Source: a virus (lineage: Duplodnaviria; Heunggongvirae; Uroviricota; Caudoviricetes). Taken from it: DNA of 64,000 nucleotides. The notes beneath the pieces are model-generated. The model was not told the origin of the DNA, did no database searches, and was given only the letters and a program-made list of their open reading frames with translations. Where the stretch lies: positions 1 through 64,000 of IMG/VR virus record IMGVR_UViG_3300029957_000005. One strand, written 5' to 3'. The translations under genes and the position numbers were made by a program. Below, piece by piece: positions 36,126 to 45,451 of the stretch. Every line of letters starts with the position of its first letter. Position 1 is the first letter of the stretch.

Positions 36126-36524
36126 ATGGAAGACTCTGAGACGCCTCGCACCCTCCGCGAAATCCTCGAAGACGCGGAGGCTCGCATCAGCCAGTACAAA
36201 CACCCGAACATCGATGAAGCCAAGGATCGCCTCAACGATCTCCTCGTCGAAGCTGGCCTCGGGAACATCAGTCACGACACCATCGAATATCTCTCAATCG
36301 GACAAGAGAAAGTTTATCTCCTGACTCGATATTCGATCAGATCCTGCGAACAAGAAGATCGGTTCGAGTTTCCAACCTCGGTGATCGATGCTCAAGACCC
36401 GATCGCCGCCATCAAGTCCTTTGCGAAGGGTCAGCGGATCACCGAAGCTCGACGTCGTTTCGCCGAAGCGACCCAAGAGTGGACTGATGCCAGGAACCAC
36501 CTGGAAGAAATGCTCAAGTCCTAA
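36126..36524 (+). CDS. hypothetical acidic protein
   Basis: ATG right after upstream stop. Confidence 0.45.
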   Translation: MEDSETPRTLREILEDAEARISQYKHPNIDEAKDRLNDLLVEAGLGNISHDTIEYLSIGQEKVYLLTRYSIRSCEQEDRFEFPTSVIDAQDPIAAIKSFAKGQRITEARRRFAEATQEWTDARNHLEEMLKS

Positions 36525-36550
36525 TCCCTCCAACAGAAAGTCAAAAGCAT

Positions 36551-37243
36551 ATGCTCTCGTACTTCAATCGGGTCGGAGACAATCCGATCACTGAATCCCT
36601 GGTGGCCTCGATAGGCCTGATGGTCATCATCTACGGTGTCTCGGCCCTGATGGGTGTGGACATCTCCTGGAACCCGATCGAGATCTCCGCGGTCTGGACC
36701 TCCTTCGTCTGCACCTACCTCTGCGTCGTCCAGAGCCGCTTCAACTATGTGGTCGGCGTGATCACCACAGCCCTCTACTCCTATCTCTTCTACCAGTCCC
36801 ATCTGGTCGGTTCGATGGTCCTGAACCTTTATCTCATCCCGACCCTGATCTATGGATGGTTCATCTGGGGACCTGACAACAATGCCAAGCCGGTCCAATG
36901 GGTCAAGTGGAAGTACATCCCGGTCTACGTCCTTGCTACCTTCGCCACCTATCTCGGCGCCCTCTGGATCGTCCAATACTTCGGCGGAAGCATGGCGCCT
37001 CTTGACTCCTGGATCCTGATCGGCACGATCCTTGCTCAGTACCTCCTGGACCGAAAGAAACTCCAAACCTGGTTCATCTGGGTCGCCGTGAATGTGGTCT
37101 CGATCTACGTCTACTACAACTCCGGCCTCTACCTGGTCGCCATCCAATACATCTTCTTCCTCCTGAACACCGTCTTCGGATGGTACATGTGGAACAAGTC
37201 CATGCAGCCTCAGCCTGCATTTGGTCGACTCCCAGCCGAATAA
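36551..37243 (+). CDS. pnuC: PnuC-family nicotinamide riboside/NMN transporter
   Basis: Polytopic membrane protein. YGWFIWG, QTWFIWVAVNVVSI and FGWYMWN match PnuC conserved W-rich motifs (E. coli YGWYAW, ENWLLWVIINVISV). Confidence 0.65.
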   Translation: MLSYFNRVGDNPITESLVASIGLMVIIYGVSALMGVDISWNPIEISAVWTSFVCTYLCVVQSRFNYVVGVITTALYSYLFYQSHLVGSMVLNLYLIPTLIYGWFIWGPDNNAKPVQWVKWKYIPVYVLATFATYLGALWIVQYFGGSMAPLDSWILIGTILAQYLLDRKKLQTWFIWVAVNVVSIYVYYNSGLYLVAIQYIFFLLNTVFGWYMWNKSMQPQPAFGRLPAE

Positions 37244-37247
37244 GCTG

Positions 37248-37276
37248 TTTACATTCCTCTGAATCCTGTGTAAGTT
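37248..37276 (+). promoter_or_regulatory. sigma70-like promoter TTTACA-N17-TAAGTT embedded in 10-bp palindrome CCTCTGAATC/GATTCAGAGG
   Basis: Palindrome arms at 37256-37265 and 37289-37298 flank the -10 and +1. Confidence 0.4.
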
Positions 37277-37307
37277 CGACTTATATGAGATTCAGAGGAA
37301 TTCCGAA

Positions 37308-37556
37308 ATGCCACGCAATATCGAAATTGTCTCTTACGATCTGACCTTCTTCAAAGGTGAAGAGACCAAGGTCCTGTCCTTCTCGACCTACGTGGATCGT
37401 GATGTCTATGATGATCCGAAAGAAGCGATCATCGATCACATCTCCGACAAGATCACCCTCATCCAGGGAGATGCCAACATCCCAGGGTTCCTCCCCAAGT
37501 TCAAGACCCTGAGGATCTGGAGATCTCACAAGCCCTCCGACCTCGATTTGAAATAG
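37308..37556 (+). CDS. hypothetical protein
   Basis: ORF track. Confidence 0.5.
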   Translation: MPRNIEIVSYDLTFFKGEETKVLSFSTYVDRDVYDDPKEAIIDHISDKITLIQGDANIPGFLPKFKTLRIWRSHKPSDLDLK

Positions 37557-37563
37557 GACAAGC

Positions 37564-38616
37564 ATGCGCGGACTTCTAATGATGACTGCCCTCCTTCCCA
37601 CGGAGGGTCACAGAAACTTTATCGAGTTCGCTCGGAACTTCATGGAGATCAAAGGTGGTCAGTTGACCGTCATGGTCAACACCAGAGGATTTGAGCCGAT
37701 CTCAGGTGGTCTTCGCCTTCGTTGGCTGACCGAAGAATTCAAAGGTCCGGTGGACAACGGTCAGATCGACATCGTAGTCACTGACATCGACACCGCTCCT
37801 CAGAACCCGGAAGATCATCCGGACTTCTGGAACTGGTGGGCTCAAACCACCTGGGACTGGACCGGAAGCAAGAACTACGACTACTTCTTCGCCTCGGAAG
37901 CGTACGGCCTGGAGATGTCCAAGCATCTCGGCCAAGACTGTCGCTTCGTTCCATACGACATCGCCAGGGACATCCTCCCGATCTCAGGAACAGTGGTTCG
38001 TCGCGGTGGTCCGGAGTTCTGGGATCAGATCATTCGTCCAGCTCGGAATCACCTCGGTCAGAAGCTCGGATCCTTCTGCATGTTCGGTCAGGAGTCCGTC
38101 GGCAAGACCACCATCGCCAAGGCCCTAGCCAAGCAGAACAGTGCAGCATCCTTCCAGCCCGAATGGGCCCGCCCTTATCTGGAGACCGTCGGCCCGGATC
38201 TGAACCCGAATGTCATGGACATCATCTTCGCTGGTCAACTCGCCCAGATGAAGGCCACGGCCGGACAGACCATGGTCACCTATCGGGACACGGACCTCCT
38301 GAGCACCATCGGATATCAGAGACTCGCCGGGTGGAAGGTTCCGTCCTATTGGAACGATCAGTTCGACTCTTTCAGGTCCTCCCACTATTTCCTCCTCCCG
38401 GATGATGTCCCATTCGAACCGGATCCTCTTCGCTATGGTGGAGACAAGAGGGAGACGGACACGAAGTTCTGGTATGATCTCCTGATAGAATACAGCTGCA
38501 ACTTCACCGTCGTCCCCAGAGGGACCCTGGCGTCCAAGATCGACTACATCTTCGAGAAGTCAGCCGGTCTCGTCCACAAGAACTGGGAACCCATTCGAGA
38601 ATTCAAGAGGACCTGA
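37564..38616 (+). CDS. NadR-like protein with P-loop kinase domain (ribosylnicotinamide kinase-like; N-terminal adenylyltransferase-like region)
   Basis: Walker A FGQESVGKTTIAKALA matches the NadR/NRK motif GxESxGKS[T]. Adjacent to pnuC as in bacterial pnuC-nadR operons. N-terminal region is divergent. Confidence 0.55.
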   Translation: MRGLLMMTALLPTEGHRNFIEFARNFMEIKGGQLTVMVNTRGFEPISGGLRLRWLTEEFKGPVDNGQIDIVVTDIDTAPQNPEDHPDFWNWWAQTTWDWTGSKNYDYFFASEAYGLEMSKHLGQDCRFVPYDIARDILPISGTVVRRGGPEFWDQIIRPARNHLGQKLGSFCMFGQESVGKTTIAKALAKQNSAASFQPEWARPYLETVGPDLNPNVMDIIFAGQLAQMKATAGQTMVTYRDTDLLSTIGYQRLAGWKVPSYWNDQFDSFRSSHYFLLPDDVPFEPDPLRYGGDKRETDTKFWYDLLIEYSCNFTVVPRGTLASKIDYIFEKSAGLVHKNWEPIREFKRT

Positions 38617-38960
38617 TGTTCAATTTCAAACGCTCGGATTGGTTCAAGAAAGGCCGCAAGAAGGTCGAACCTGAGCCCGACTACTCCGGGATCGAATCTC
38701 CGATGAAGTATATGGTCGTTCCGAAGAGTCCTCATCGCTGGGATGTCTATCAGATCAATCGAAAGGACGCCGAGTTCTTGACCAAGAAGAAGGGTCGTGA
38801 GCCCTCACTCGAGGAATGGACCTTCGTCATCTACAGCACCTCCGAGAACGCAGCCAAGGGCTACATCTACGAGAAGCTGGAGCAAGATCGCCGAGATGTC
38901 TTCGAGATGCACAGGGACCTCGCCTTTCGTCGAGATAATCAGCCGTACGAAGTCGAATAA
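38616..38960 (+). CDS. hypothetical protein
   Basis: ATGA overlap. Confidence 0.5.
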   Translation: MFNFKRSDWFKKGRKKVEPEPDYSGIESPMKYMVVPKSPHRWDVYQINRKDAEFLTKKKGREPSLEEWTFVIYSTSENAAKGYIYEKLEQDRRDVFEMHRDLAFRRDNQPYEVE

Positions 38961-38989
38961 ATACAAGCGGTACGAGAAAGGAACAAATC

Positions 38990-39412
38990 ATGAATCTCCG
39001 TCCGATAATCCTGGGAGCAGTCTTTGCACTGGCTACCCTGTTCGCCGTGAATGCAAGTGCCCACACCTACGACGGAGGTCCTGATGCTCCCGTCCAGATC
39101 CAAGAAAATCAGCCGATCACTCTCCAGCAGCTCCTCGACGGGACCCTCAAGGGCGTCGCCGACAAGATGAACGTCACCGCCTCCGAACCCAAGAAGGAGA
39201 CGATGACGATCTACGCCAACGTCATCAATCAGATCTTCGGTGTCGGCGTCCTCAACGGAACGATCGATGCCTATGCGATCGAAGGCTCCGACGGCAATCT
39301 CCGAGTTCGTCTCATCAAGGGCGACCAGAAGGCCGAACAGACCGTGAACTTCGGCAAGGTTCAAACGGACGCCTTGTTCTTCATGGAGACCTCCCCGACC
39401 TTCGGAAAATAA
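38990..39412 (+). CDS. secreted hypothetical protein (signal peptide)
   Basis: MNLRPIILGAVFALATLFAVNASA|HTY. AATAAATA (late-promoter-like) about 28 nt upstream. Confidence 0.55.
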   Translation: MNLRPIILGAVFALATLFAVNASAHTYDGGPDAPVQIQENQPITLQQLLDGTLKGVADKMNVTASEPKKETMTIYANVINQIFGVGVLNGTIDAYAIEGSDGNLRVRLIKGDQKAEQTVNFGKVQTDALFFMETSPTFGK

Positions 39413-39415
39413 GAG

Positions 39416-39444
39416 TTTACAACTCACGAAGGATGTAGTAGACT
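39416..39444 (+). promoter_or_regulatory. sigma70-like promoter TTTACA-N17-TAGACT followed by 10-bp palindrome CTGTCTCCGT/ACGGAGACAG
   Basis: Palindrome 39443-39472 overlaps the -10/+1 and contains the SD GGAGA. Confidence 0.45.
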
Positions 39445-39475
39445 GTCTCCGTTGTCAAACAAACGGAGACAGAAC

Positions 39476-39694
39476 ATGGAAATGTCCGAAGCCAAGATGA
39501 ACCACTTCAAAGAAGTCGCTCGTCGCGCTCGTCAAGCTGAAGAGTTCATCGTCGCCGAAGCCAAGAAGATGGGGATCGAGCTGTCTGCCGAATCCGCTGC
39601 CATCTTCCGGAACATCGTCACCGAGATCTACGGTGACAACATGAAGCCGGTTCCCGTCGATCCCGACGAGAATATCGGATCCACAACCCCCTAA
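39476..39694 (+). CDS. hypothetical protein
   Basis: ATG after the palindrome; the ORF-track start at 39452 is a TTG inside the palindrome. Confidence 0.45.
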   Translation: MEMSEAKMNHFKEVARRARQAEEFIVAEAKKMGIELSAESAAIFRNIVTEIYGDNMKPVPVDPDENIGSTTP

Positions 39695-39702
39695 GGAATT
39701 CA

Positions 39703-39903
39703 ATGGAATACGACATAGAATCTGAAGTCCACATCTACGACGGTCGAGGGGAGAAGCTCTCGATCGTCTCAGACCCGGACAGTCTTGGTCTTGTAGTGAT
39801 CAAGGGCAATGACTACTTCGGAGGAGAGATCCAGTTCGACAAAGCCATGCTCGGCGCTGTGATCGAAGGCCTTCAGAAATTCAAGTCGTCCAATGACCTC
39901 TAA
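39703..39903 (+). CDS. hypothetical protein
   Basis: ORF track. Confidence 0.4.
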   Translation: MEYDIESEVHIYDGRGEKLSIVSDPDSLGLVVIKGNDYFGGEIQFDKAMLGAVIEGLQKFKSSNDL

Positions 39904-39913
39904 GGAGAAGAAG

Positions 39914-40429
39914 ATGCCCAAGAAAGTCGTGAAAGTCGCCGAGAACCACGCAGACGAAGCGTTCTACAACGGTGGACCAGCTCCTGCTCCCGCTCCAAAG
40001 GACTACGGTCCAGGACCTCACACAGCCGTGGATGCTGTGGTGATCTTCTCAGACGACTTCGAGGACCACATCCTCGTGATCACCCGCAAGGACGGGACAA
40101 CTGCTCTCCCAGGTGGATTCGTGGATCCGGAAGATGATTCTCTTCTCGCTGCGATCCTTCGTGAGGTCAAGGAAGAGACGGGTCTGGATCTCCTTCAGTA
40201 CTGGAGACAGGAGCCGATCGAACTTCCTTCGATGACCGACAAGAAGCGTGATCCACGAAGCTGGGTCATCTCCCATCCGTTCTTCTTCAAGGTTCGTTCG
40301 AGGGTTCTACCCAAGGTCACCGGAATGGACGATGCCATCGGTGCCAGGTGGGTGGTGGACAATTTGATCGATCACCAGAACTGGTTCCTCGATCATCGTC
40401 AGATCATCAGGAACGCTTTCGAAGCCTGA
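39914..40429 (+). CDS. Nudix hydrolase
   Basis: Nudix box GGFVDPEDDSLLAAILREVKEETGL. AAGGAG RBS 7 nt upstream of ATG 39914. Confidence 0.75.
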   Translation: MPKKVVKVAENHADEAFYNGGPAPAPAPKDYGPGPHTAVDAVVIFSDDFEDHILVITRKDGTTALPGGFVDPEDDSLLAAILREVKEETGLDLLQYWRQEPIELPSMTDKKRDPRSWVISHPFFFKVRSRVLPKVTGMDDAIGARWVVDNLIDHQNWFLDHRQIIRNAFEA

Positions 40430-40511
40430 GATCTACGATCAGAGCCTTCCAGCAGTGGTCCTTATCGAAGACCACTGCTCCGACGAACCGACAGAACAAA
40501 CAGTCATGACC

Positions 40512-40553
40512 GAACCTTCTCGCTATTCTGGCGCAGAAGGTTTGGTTCGTTTG
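40512..40553 (+). terminator. hairpin GAACCTTCT..AGAAGGTT followed by TTTGGTTCGTTTG in the convergent gap
   Basis: A second hairpin AGCAGTGGTC/GACCACTGCT sits at 40451-40479. Confidence 0.3.
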
Positions 40554-40606
40554 TCCACCAGTTAGTCTGTTCAGGAGCCTGGAGCTGGAGCAAAGGGTTT
40601 CGTAGA

Positions 40607-41209
40607 TCATGTCGGCCAGTATGACGGGTTCTGATAGTCAGTTGGAATTGGTGAAGTATCCTTGAGAGCCCTGGCTGCAAAGATGCAGTTCATCTCCCAG
40701 GTCGCTGCTGCCTGACCGAAAGCGAAGACGGTCGGAGCATCCATTGGATTGAGGCTGTTGTCATCGGCGATCCAGACGAAGTCAGTATCTCCTCCGTGCC
40801 AACGATAATTTCCGGCTGCAGCTCCTGCACCGACAGCAAAGCCAGCCAGAGTGGCCATATAGGCAATGCGAGCCTTGGAAATTTCGTCCATGGCATAGGA
40901 CTTACCGAAGAACTTGAAGCCGGTAGAGATCCTCGCATCCCTCTCGACGTCCACGTCCGTGGAATCAATCACATGAATGCTCGTGGTCCAGACGTATTTT
41001 GGAACTCCATCAGTGACCACCACCGACTGGGAGACACCGATCTCTCCGACCGGAATCAGATCTGCTGGTAGGATCTCTGCAAGACGATAGTCCTCGTTCT
41101 CCCATCCGGCTTCTGCTGGAGAGATCACATCAGTCCCGATCGTGAACCGGCTGTTGGTCATCACTTCCTGGAGGACGAGAGAGTCAGACTTTCTGATGAG
41201 GGCTAGCAT
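40607..41209 (-). CDS. hypothetical protein, last gene of minus-strand fiber module (possible adhesin or fiber chaperone)
   Basis: Gly/Ala-rich segment GFAVGAGAAAGNYRWHGG. 26-nt overlap with the upstream gene. Confidence 0.5.
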   Translation of the reverse strand: MLALIRKSDSLVLQEVMTNSRFTIGTDVISPAEAGWENEDYRLAEILPADLIPVGEIGVSQSVVVTDGVPKYVWTTSIHVIDSTDVDVERDARISTGFKFFGKSYAMDEISKARIAYMATLAGFAVGAGAAAGNYRWHGGDTDFVWIADDNSLNPMDAPTVFAFGQAAATWEMNCIFAARALKDTSPIPTDYQNPSYWPT

Positions 41210-41837
41210 TCTTTATCCTGTTGTAGAGTTCGATGTCCTGCTCATAGTATTTATGCACAGCCTTCAGGGAGGCGGCATCATAGAAGGTGGCCACGAAATC
41301 CTTGGTCTTCTGATCTCGTAGAGATCGGTTCTGGAACTTCAGAGGCTCCTTGACTCGGATCCCATGATCCCTCACGAAGGTCTCAATGTGATCACTGATT
41401 CTATCGAACAGCCACCACTCACCTCCCTCCGGAAGGAATGTGAACTGAAGCTGATTCTGCCAAGGGAAGTCCGGATAGAATCCGTGAGCCGAGACAATCC
41501 GTCTGAAGTCCTGGACGCCTGGGGAGCCTATTAGGGCCTGTTTTGCTCGATAGAGATAGAGACTCAGAACTCTCTCGACCGGCTCCCTGACGACACCTAC
41601 GACCTTCTCTGATGCATCCAAGAGTCCGTGCTTGATAGCATAGGTCGAGTCCATATGAGAATTGTCGGCATGAACCGGATCCATGTTCTGGGACCAGGTT
41701 TCGTCCTCAGTCTCGTAGTAATTCGAGAAGGAGTCCTCCGGCTGAACAACGTTGTCGATGAAGAAGCGCCTGATCGAAGTCGAAGCGTTCTTCGGAACGT
41801 TGATGAAGTTGAAGCCGAGCCTCTTGATCTTGATCAT
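41184..41837 (-). CDS. sulfotransferase-like protein (PAPS-dependent family)
   Basis: 5'-PSB-like FINVPKNASTS and 3'-PB-like VVREPVERVLSLY (compare RDPxERxxSxY). Start at internal ATG (ATGA overlap); the ORF-track N-terminal extension to 41945 overlaps the upstream gene. Confidence 0.5.
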   Translation of the reverse strand: MIKIKRLGFNFINVPKNASTSIRRFFIDNVVQPEDSFSNYYETEDETWSQNMDPVHADNSHMDSTYAIKHGLLDASEKVVGVVREPVERVLSLYLYRAKQALIGSPGVQDFRRIVSAHGFYPDFPWQNQLQFTFLPEGGEWWLFDRISDHIETFVRDHGIRVKEPLKFQNRSLRDQKTKDFVATFYDAASLKAVHKYYEQDIELYNRIKNASPHQKV

Positions 41838-42424
41838 CTGAGGAGGAAGGTGTTGAGAGTCAGCCGGATCCCGGAGGTCGACTTGTAGGAGTGCCAGGTG
41901 GTTCCGGTCTCGGCTGCGAAGACCATGGTCCTGTTCGGCTTCCATTCGATCTGCTTGACGAACTTCTTGTCTCGGTCGTAGAGGAGGGTTCCGTCTCCTG
42001 TCTCCGGATAGAGATAGGTCACGGCCGAGAGAACCTTGTCTTCGACTTCATCGTGGATCGGGTGCTCGGACTCCTTGAGGCAGAGGATGACCTCACCGTA
42101 GACTTCAAGAGAGTCGTAGTCTCGATGGTTCGGAAAGTGCTTGAGAAGATAGCTAGGATTCCTGGACTGAAGGAGCTTCCTGGTCTCCGGAAACTTGTCG
42201 CTGGTGTAGAGATTACGAGCCGAGATGAAAACGTCTCCACTCGTCTTGGTCACGAACTCTGATCGTTCAGTCTTGACCTTGGTCAAGATCTCTCGAACGG
42301 CCGAGTCGGTCTGGACTTGGTCATAGTATCCATCGATGACTTCGTGCGGCCAAGGATCATACGAGAACATTGGAGCCGGCAGCATGATCGAGTATGCGCT
42401 TTTCGATTCTTTCTTCATAACCAT
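41834..42424 (-). CDS. 2OG-Fe(II) oxygenase-like protein (tentative)
   Basis: HPIHDEVED (HxD) ... TTWHSY (distal His) ... GIRLTLN (RxS/T), spaced as in the 2OG-oxygenase jelly roll. Confidence 0.4.
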   Translation of the reverse strand: MVMKKESKSAYSIMLPAPMFSYDPWPHEVIDGYYDQVQTDSAVREILTKVKTERSEFVTKTSGDVFISARNLYTSDKFPETRKLLQSRNPSYLLKHFPNHRDYDSLEVYGEVILCLKESEHPIHDEVEDKVLSAVTYLYPETGDGTLLYDRDKKFVKQIEWKPNRTMVFAAETGTTWHSYKSTSGIRLTLNTFLLR

Positions 42425-43214
42425 CTTCTTTCACATTGATGCATAGTTTGGTGGAGTACCAGGTCAGGAACTTGCCGAGATCGTTCCTGGACACAGGAGG
42501 GATATCCTTGAGTTCGGCCGCGCTCTTGATTGTAGGAACCAGTTCCGAGAAGATCATCGGATCGTAGGTGGCACAGGGCTTGTCGGCAAGCATGGCGTTC
42601 AGGGACACCGAACTCCAGGAACTGAAGACTCTATCAGCCTTCTCGACCAGGTGATTGAGATTGTAGGAGGCATCGATGAAGATCGCATACTCGCTGTCCA
42701 GACCTACGATCTTGTTCAGAGCGAGAGGATGCCTCTTGAAGACGGTGTAGGACTTGCTCTGGGTGGCATAGGCTGCTGCGTCCACGATGTGATTGTACTC
42801 GATCCCTACAGGGTCCTGCATCACGAACAAATTGTAGGAGGACGGAAGTTCCGGGACTCCTTCCGGCTGAGGATATTCGGTGTTGGATCGAGAGCGATAG
42901 AGATCCACAACCGACTGGTCGAGAGTGGTGTTCTTCCAATAGTTCCACTGAGGATTGTTCTTGTCGATGTAGGCCCGATTCGGAGAAAAGATGAAGTACT
43001 CTAGATTCGGAATGCCGAAGCGCCAAGTCAGGACGTTGGTGAACTCCTGAGCGTCGTCCGGATCCGCGAAGATGCAGTTCTTGAGATCCCTCTTCTCGAG
43101 GATAGAATCCACGAGAGTGGCTACTTTGAGAGTCGGCGAAAAGGATGAATGCATCTCTTTATACTGGACGACCTTGTTGATCCACAGGAGGACGGTGTTT
43201 CTATTCGGGGTCAT
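42357..43214 (-). CDS. hypothetical protein, possible glycosyltransferase / capsule-biosynthesis-like
   Basis: 285 aa. HPLALNKIVGLDSEYAIFIDASYNLNHLV is weakly reminiscent of KpsS/KpsC-type transferases. Low confidence. Confidence 0.45.
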   Translation of the reverse strand: MTPNRNTVLLWINKVVQYKEMHSSFSPTLKVATLVDSILEKRDLKNCIFADPDDAQEFTNVLTWRFGIPNLEYFIFSPNRAYIDKNNPQWNYWKNTTLDQSVVDLYRSRSNTEYPQPEGVPELPSSYNLFVMQDPVGIEYNHIVDAAAYATQSKSYTVFKRHPLALNKIVGLDSEYAIFIDASYNLNHLVEKADRVFSSWSSVSLNAMLADKPCATYDPMIFSELVPTIKSAAELKDIPPVSRNDLGKFLTWYSTKLCINVKEDGYEERIEKRILDHAAGSNVLV

Positions 43215-43504
43215 TCGAGATCCGGAACTGCTGCAAGGATGCGAGCGAATTGATCGTCGGTGAGAGTCTGATCGTTGTATGAAGCCACAATGTCTCCCTC
43301 TCTAGATTTCTGATAGGCCTGGACGATGTCGTCGGTCCAAACGGTGGCGTGAGCCTGGTTCACAGCATCTCTGAGGGCCGGGATGACAAAGTCTGAGGCT
43401 GGAAATCGAATCCACTTGTTGTCACGAACCAGAGCCGGAGGGATCTCGAAAGAGCAGTTGTCGACCTCGATGTGGAGAATTTTGAATGGGCCTTCGTAGG
43501 TCAT
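43211..43504 (-). CDS. hypothetical protein
   Basis: ATGA overlaps on both sides. Confidence 0.5.
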   Translation of the reverse strand: MTYEGPFKILHIEVDNCSFEIPPALVRDNKWIRFPASDFVIPALRDAVNQAHATVWTDDIVQAYQKSREGDIVASYNDQTLTDDQFARILAAVPDLE

Positions 43505-44370
43505 GGCGAGATGAACCTCAGGCTTTGGGCCAGATTGCTGTAGAAGTAATAGGTCGTCGTAGTTCCTCCGCCACGTCCACCGCTGCTTGTAGTTACCGCT
43601 TCATAGCTTGTATCGGAAGTGAAAGTTCCGGCCGCGTCCATGACGTGGAGAGCCATTTGTCTAGCGGTGGAGTTGTAGTTTTCGTTGGTCTCGATGATTC
43701 TGGTGTTCGCAGGTCCACCATGTCCAATTGTTGGGATGCTGGTATCGGCTCGGCTCAGTCCGCCCTTGATGAACACGATGTCGTTGGTAGTCACGGAAAG
43801 AGAAGTAGAGCTGTGAGACGTATTCAACGCCTGACCACCTCCATAGAACGAATTCGAGATGCCTCCCCACTTGCCTGGAAGAACATAGACCTGCTGGGAG
43901 TTCGTTCCACCACCGGTGCCCTTGTTGAAGGTCACTGCAATGGATCTGATATTACCGAAGCCAATCGGAATTTGGAACAGACAGAGCTTGAAGTTAGATC
44001 CGACGCCAGTGGTCTTGGAATAGAGGATCGTTTCGTCCGTAGCCGAATAGGCTCCACCGTCGGCTGAGACGACGGTCGTTCCTGGAGAATTTCCTTCATT
44101 GACAGTAAGGACGGTGGTCCATCGACTGAACAGGTTCATGGTGGACTGCGGATAGGTTATGGTTCCAGAGACGGCCGTGGAAGCCTGATAGGTCGAGCTG
44201 AAGCCTTCGGCGAAGGGTCCTGCTCCGGCGTTGGACTCAAAGCCTTGGGCAATCGAAGTCTTGGTGATCAGCTGATTTCTGGATGCAATCGTCTTGATCG
44301 CAGAAATCGCCTGGGCCAGGGTGAGCATCTTGAATCCTGGCGACGTAATAGGCATCAGAGGAAAGCTCAT
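43501..44370 (-). CDS. Gly/Ser/Thr-rich fiber-associated protein (possible distal fiber or receptor-binding protein)
   Basis: AAGGAGAG RBS. GGGT/GGRGGG stretches and beta-rich composition. Confidence 0.55.
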   Translation of the reverse strand: MSFPLMPITSPGFKMLTLAQAISAIKTIASRNQLITKTSIAQGFESNAGAGPFAEGFSSTYQASTAVSGTITYPQSTMNLFSRWTTVLTVNEGNSPGTTVVSADGGAYSATDETILYSKTTGVGSNFKLCLFQIPIGFGNIRSIAVTFNKGTGGGTNSQQVYVLPGKWGGISNSFYGGGQALNTSHSSTSLSVTTNDIVFIKGGLSRADTSIPTIGHGGPANTRIIETNENYNSTARQMALHVMDAAGTFTSDTSYEAVTTSSGGRGGGTTTTYYFYSNLAQSLRFISP

Positions 44371-44380
44371 TGAACTCTCC

Positions 44381-45427
44381 TTATACGCACTTGACGACGT
44401 TGGCTAGTTTGAGACCGGACATGCTGGTCAGGAAGATCATGAATTGGGATCCGTTGGTGGTGTCGAAGGAGTCTCCGACAACATTGTGGAAACCGGACAT
44501 AGTGACGGCTCCGGCTGTCGCACTGTTGACCAAACGAACGACCATAGAAACTGTTGCCGCTGATGGTGCAGCGAGAGTGAATGCTCCGCCATTCGTGGCC
44601 AGACGGAAGTTGCTTCCGGACTGAGATGGAGTATAGGTTACTCCGGACTTGGATCCATCATTGACTTCTGTGCCCTGGTAGCCTGCGGCACCGATCGTCG
44701 CATCAGCATTGACGACCACAGCATTTGAGAGCTTGGTCGCTTCGGTGGTCGTATATCCTTGGTAGCCGCCGGACCAGGACAGAGAGATGTTGCCGGATGT
44801 GGTCACCGCAGATCCGGCGGTCAGGCCAGTAGGAGCCGAGATGCCGACCGATGTCACAGTTCCTGTGTTTGCAGTAGCGCCTGAAGCGATGCCAGCAAGC
44901 TTGGTGGCCTCGGTGGTTGTATAGCCTTGGTAGCCAGCGGCATAGACGATGGCCAGAGTTCCTGATCCGGTGACTGGGCCGCCTGAGACTGAGAAGCCGG
45001 TCGGGACTGAGGCTTGGACAGAAGTGACGGTGCCTGGCTGGGCGCCAGAGGCAATGCCTGAGAGCTTGGTCGCTTCAGCAGAAGTATATCCCTGATAGCC
45101 AGCCTGATAGGTGATGGCTAGGGTGCCTGAGACCGTGATCGGAGAGTTAGCTACAGAGAGACCGGTTGGGACGGTCATTGCGACTGAAGTCACGGTTCCG
45201 GAGGTGATAGTCGGCTTGCCTGTTAGATCGCTGTAGGCACCGGTTTTGCCGGCCAAGGAGATGTCGGACAGCTTGGCCATCGCAACAGAAACACTGGTCG
45301 AAGTGGCCATCTCCAGACGACCTTCGTCGGTAACGAATAGGAGCTCATAAGCCGTCAGGGACGAGGATCCCTGGAGGGCAGTCAACGCCGCTCGTGTTCC
45401 TCTCTTGGGAAGAATTTTGTTTGCCAT
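44381..45427 (-). CDS. tail-fiber-like protein with three tandem ~56-aa repeats
   Basis: N-terminus MANKILPKRGTRAALTALQGSSSLTAYELLFVTDEGRL is a typical fiber N-terminal motif. Repeats GTVTSV..VPTGL......SGT..I.Y.AGYQGYT..EATKL.GIASGA x3. Confidence 0.7.
   Translation of the reverse strand: MANKILPKRGTRAALTALQGSSSLTAYELLFVTDEGRLEMATSTSVSVAMAKLSDISLAGKTGAYSDLTGKPTITSGTVTSVAMTVPTGLSVANSPITVSGTLAITYQAGYQGYTSAEATKLSGIASGAQPGTVTSVQASVPTGFSVSGGPVTGSGTLAIVYAAGYQGYTTTEATKLAGIASGATANTGTVTSVGISAPTGLTAGSAVTTSGNISLSWSGGYQGYTTTEATKLSNAVVVNADATIGAAGYQGTEVNDGSKSGVTYTPSQSGSNFRLATNGGAFTLAAPSAATVSMVVRLVNSATAGAVTMSGFHNVVGDSFDTTNGSQFMIFLTSMSGLKLANVVKCV
44700..45200 (-). repeat. three tandem ~170-nt repeats inside fiber gene 44381..45427
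   Basis: Recurrent GAGCTTGGTCGCTTCGG..GTATATCC(T/C)TGGTAGCC on the + strand at about 44721, 44881 and 45061. Confidence 0.6.
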
Positions 45428-45451
45428 ACCGAACTATGTATCCTTGGAACC

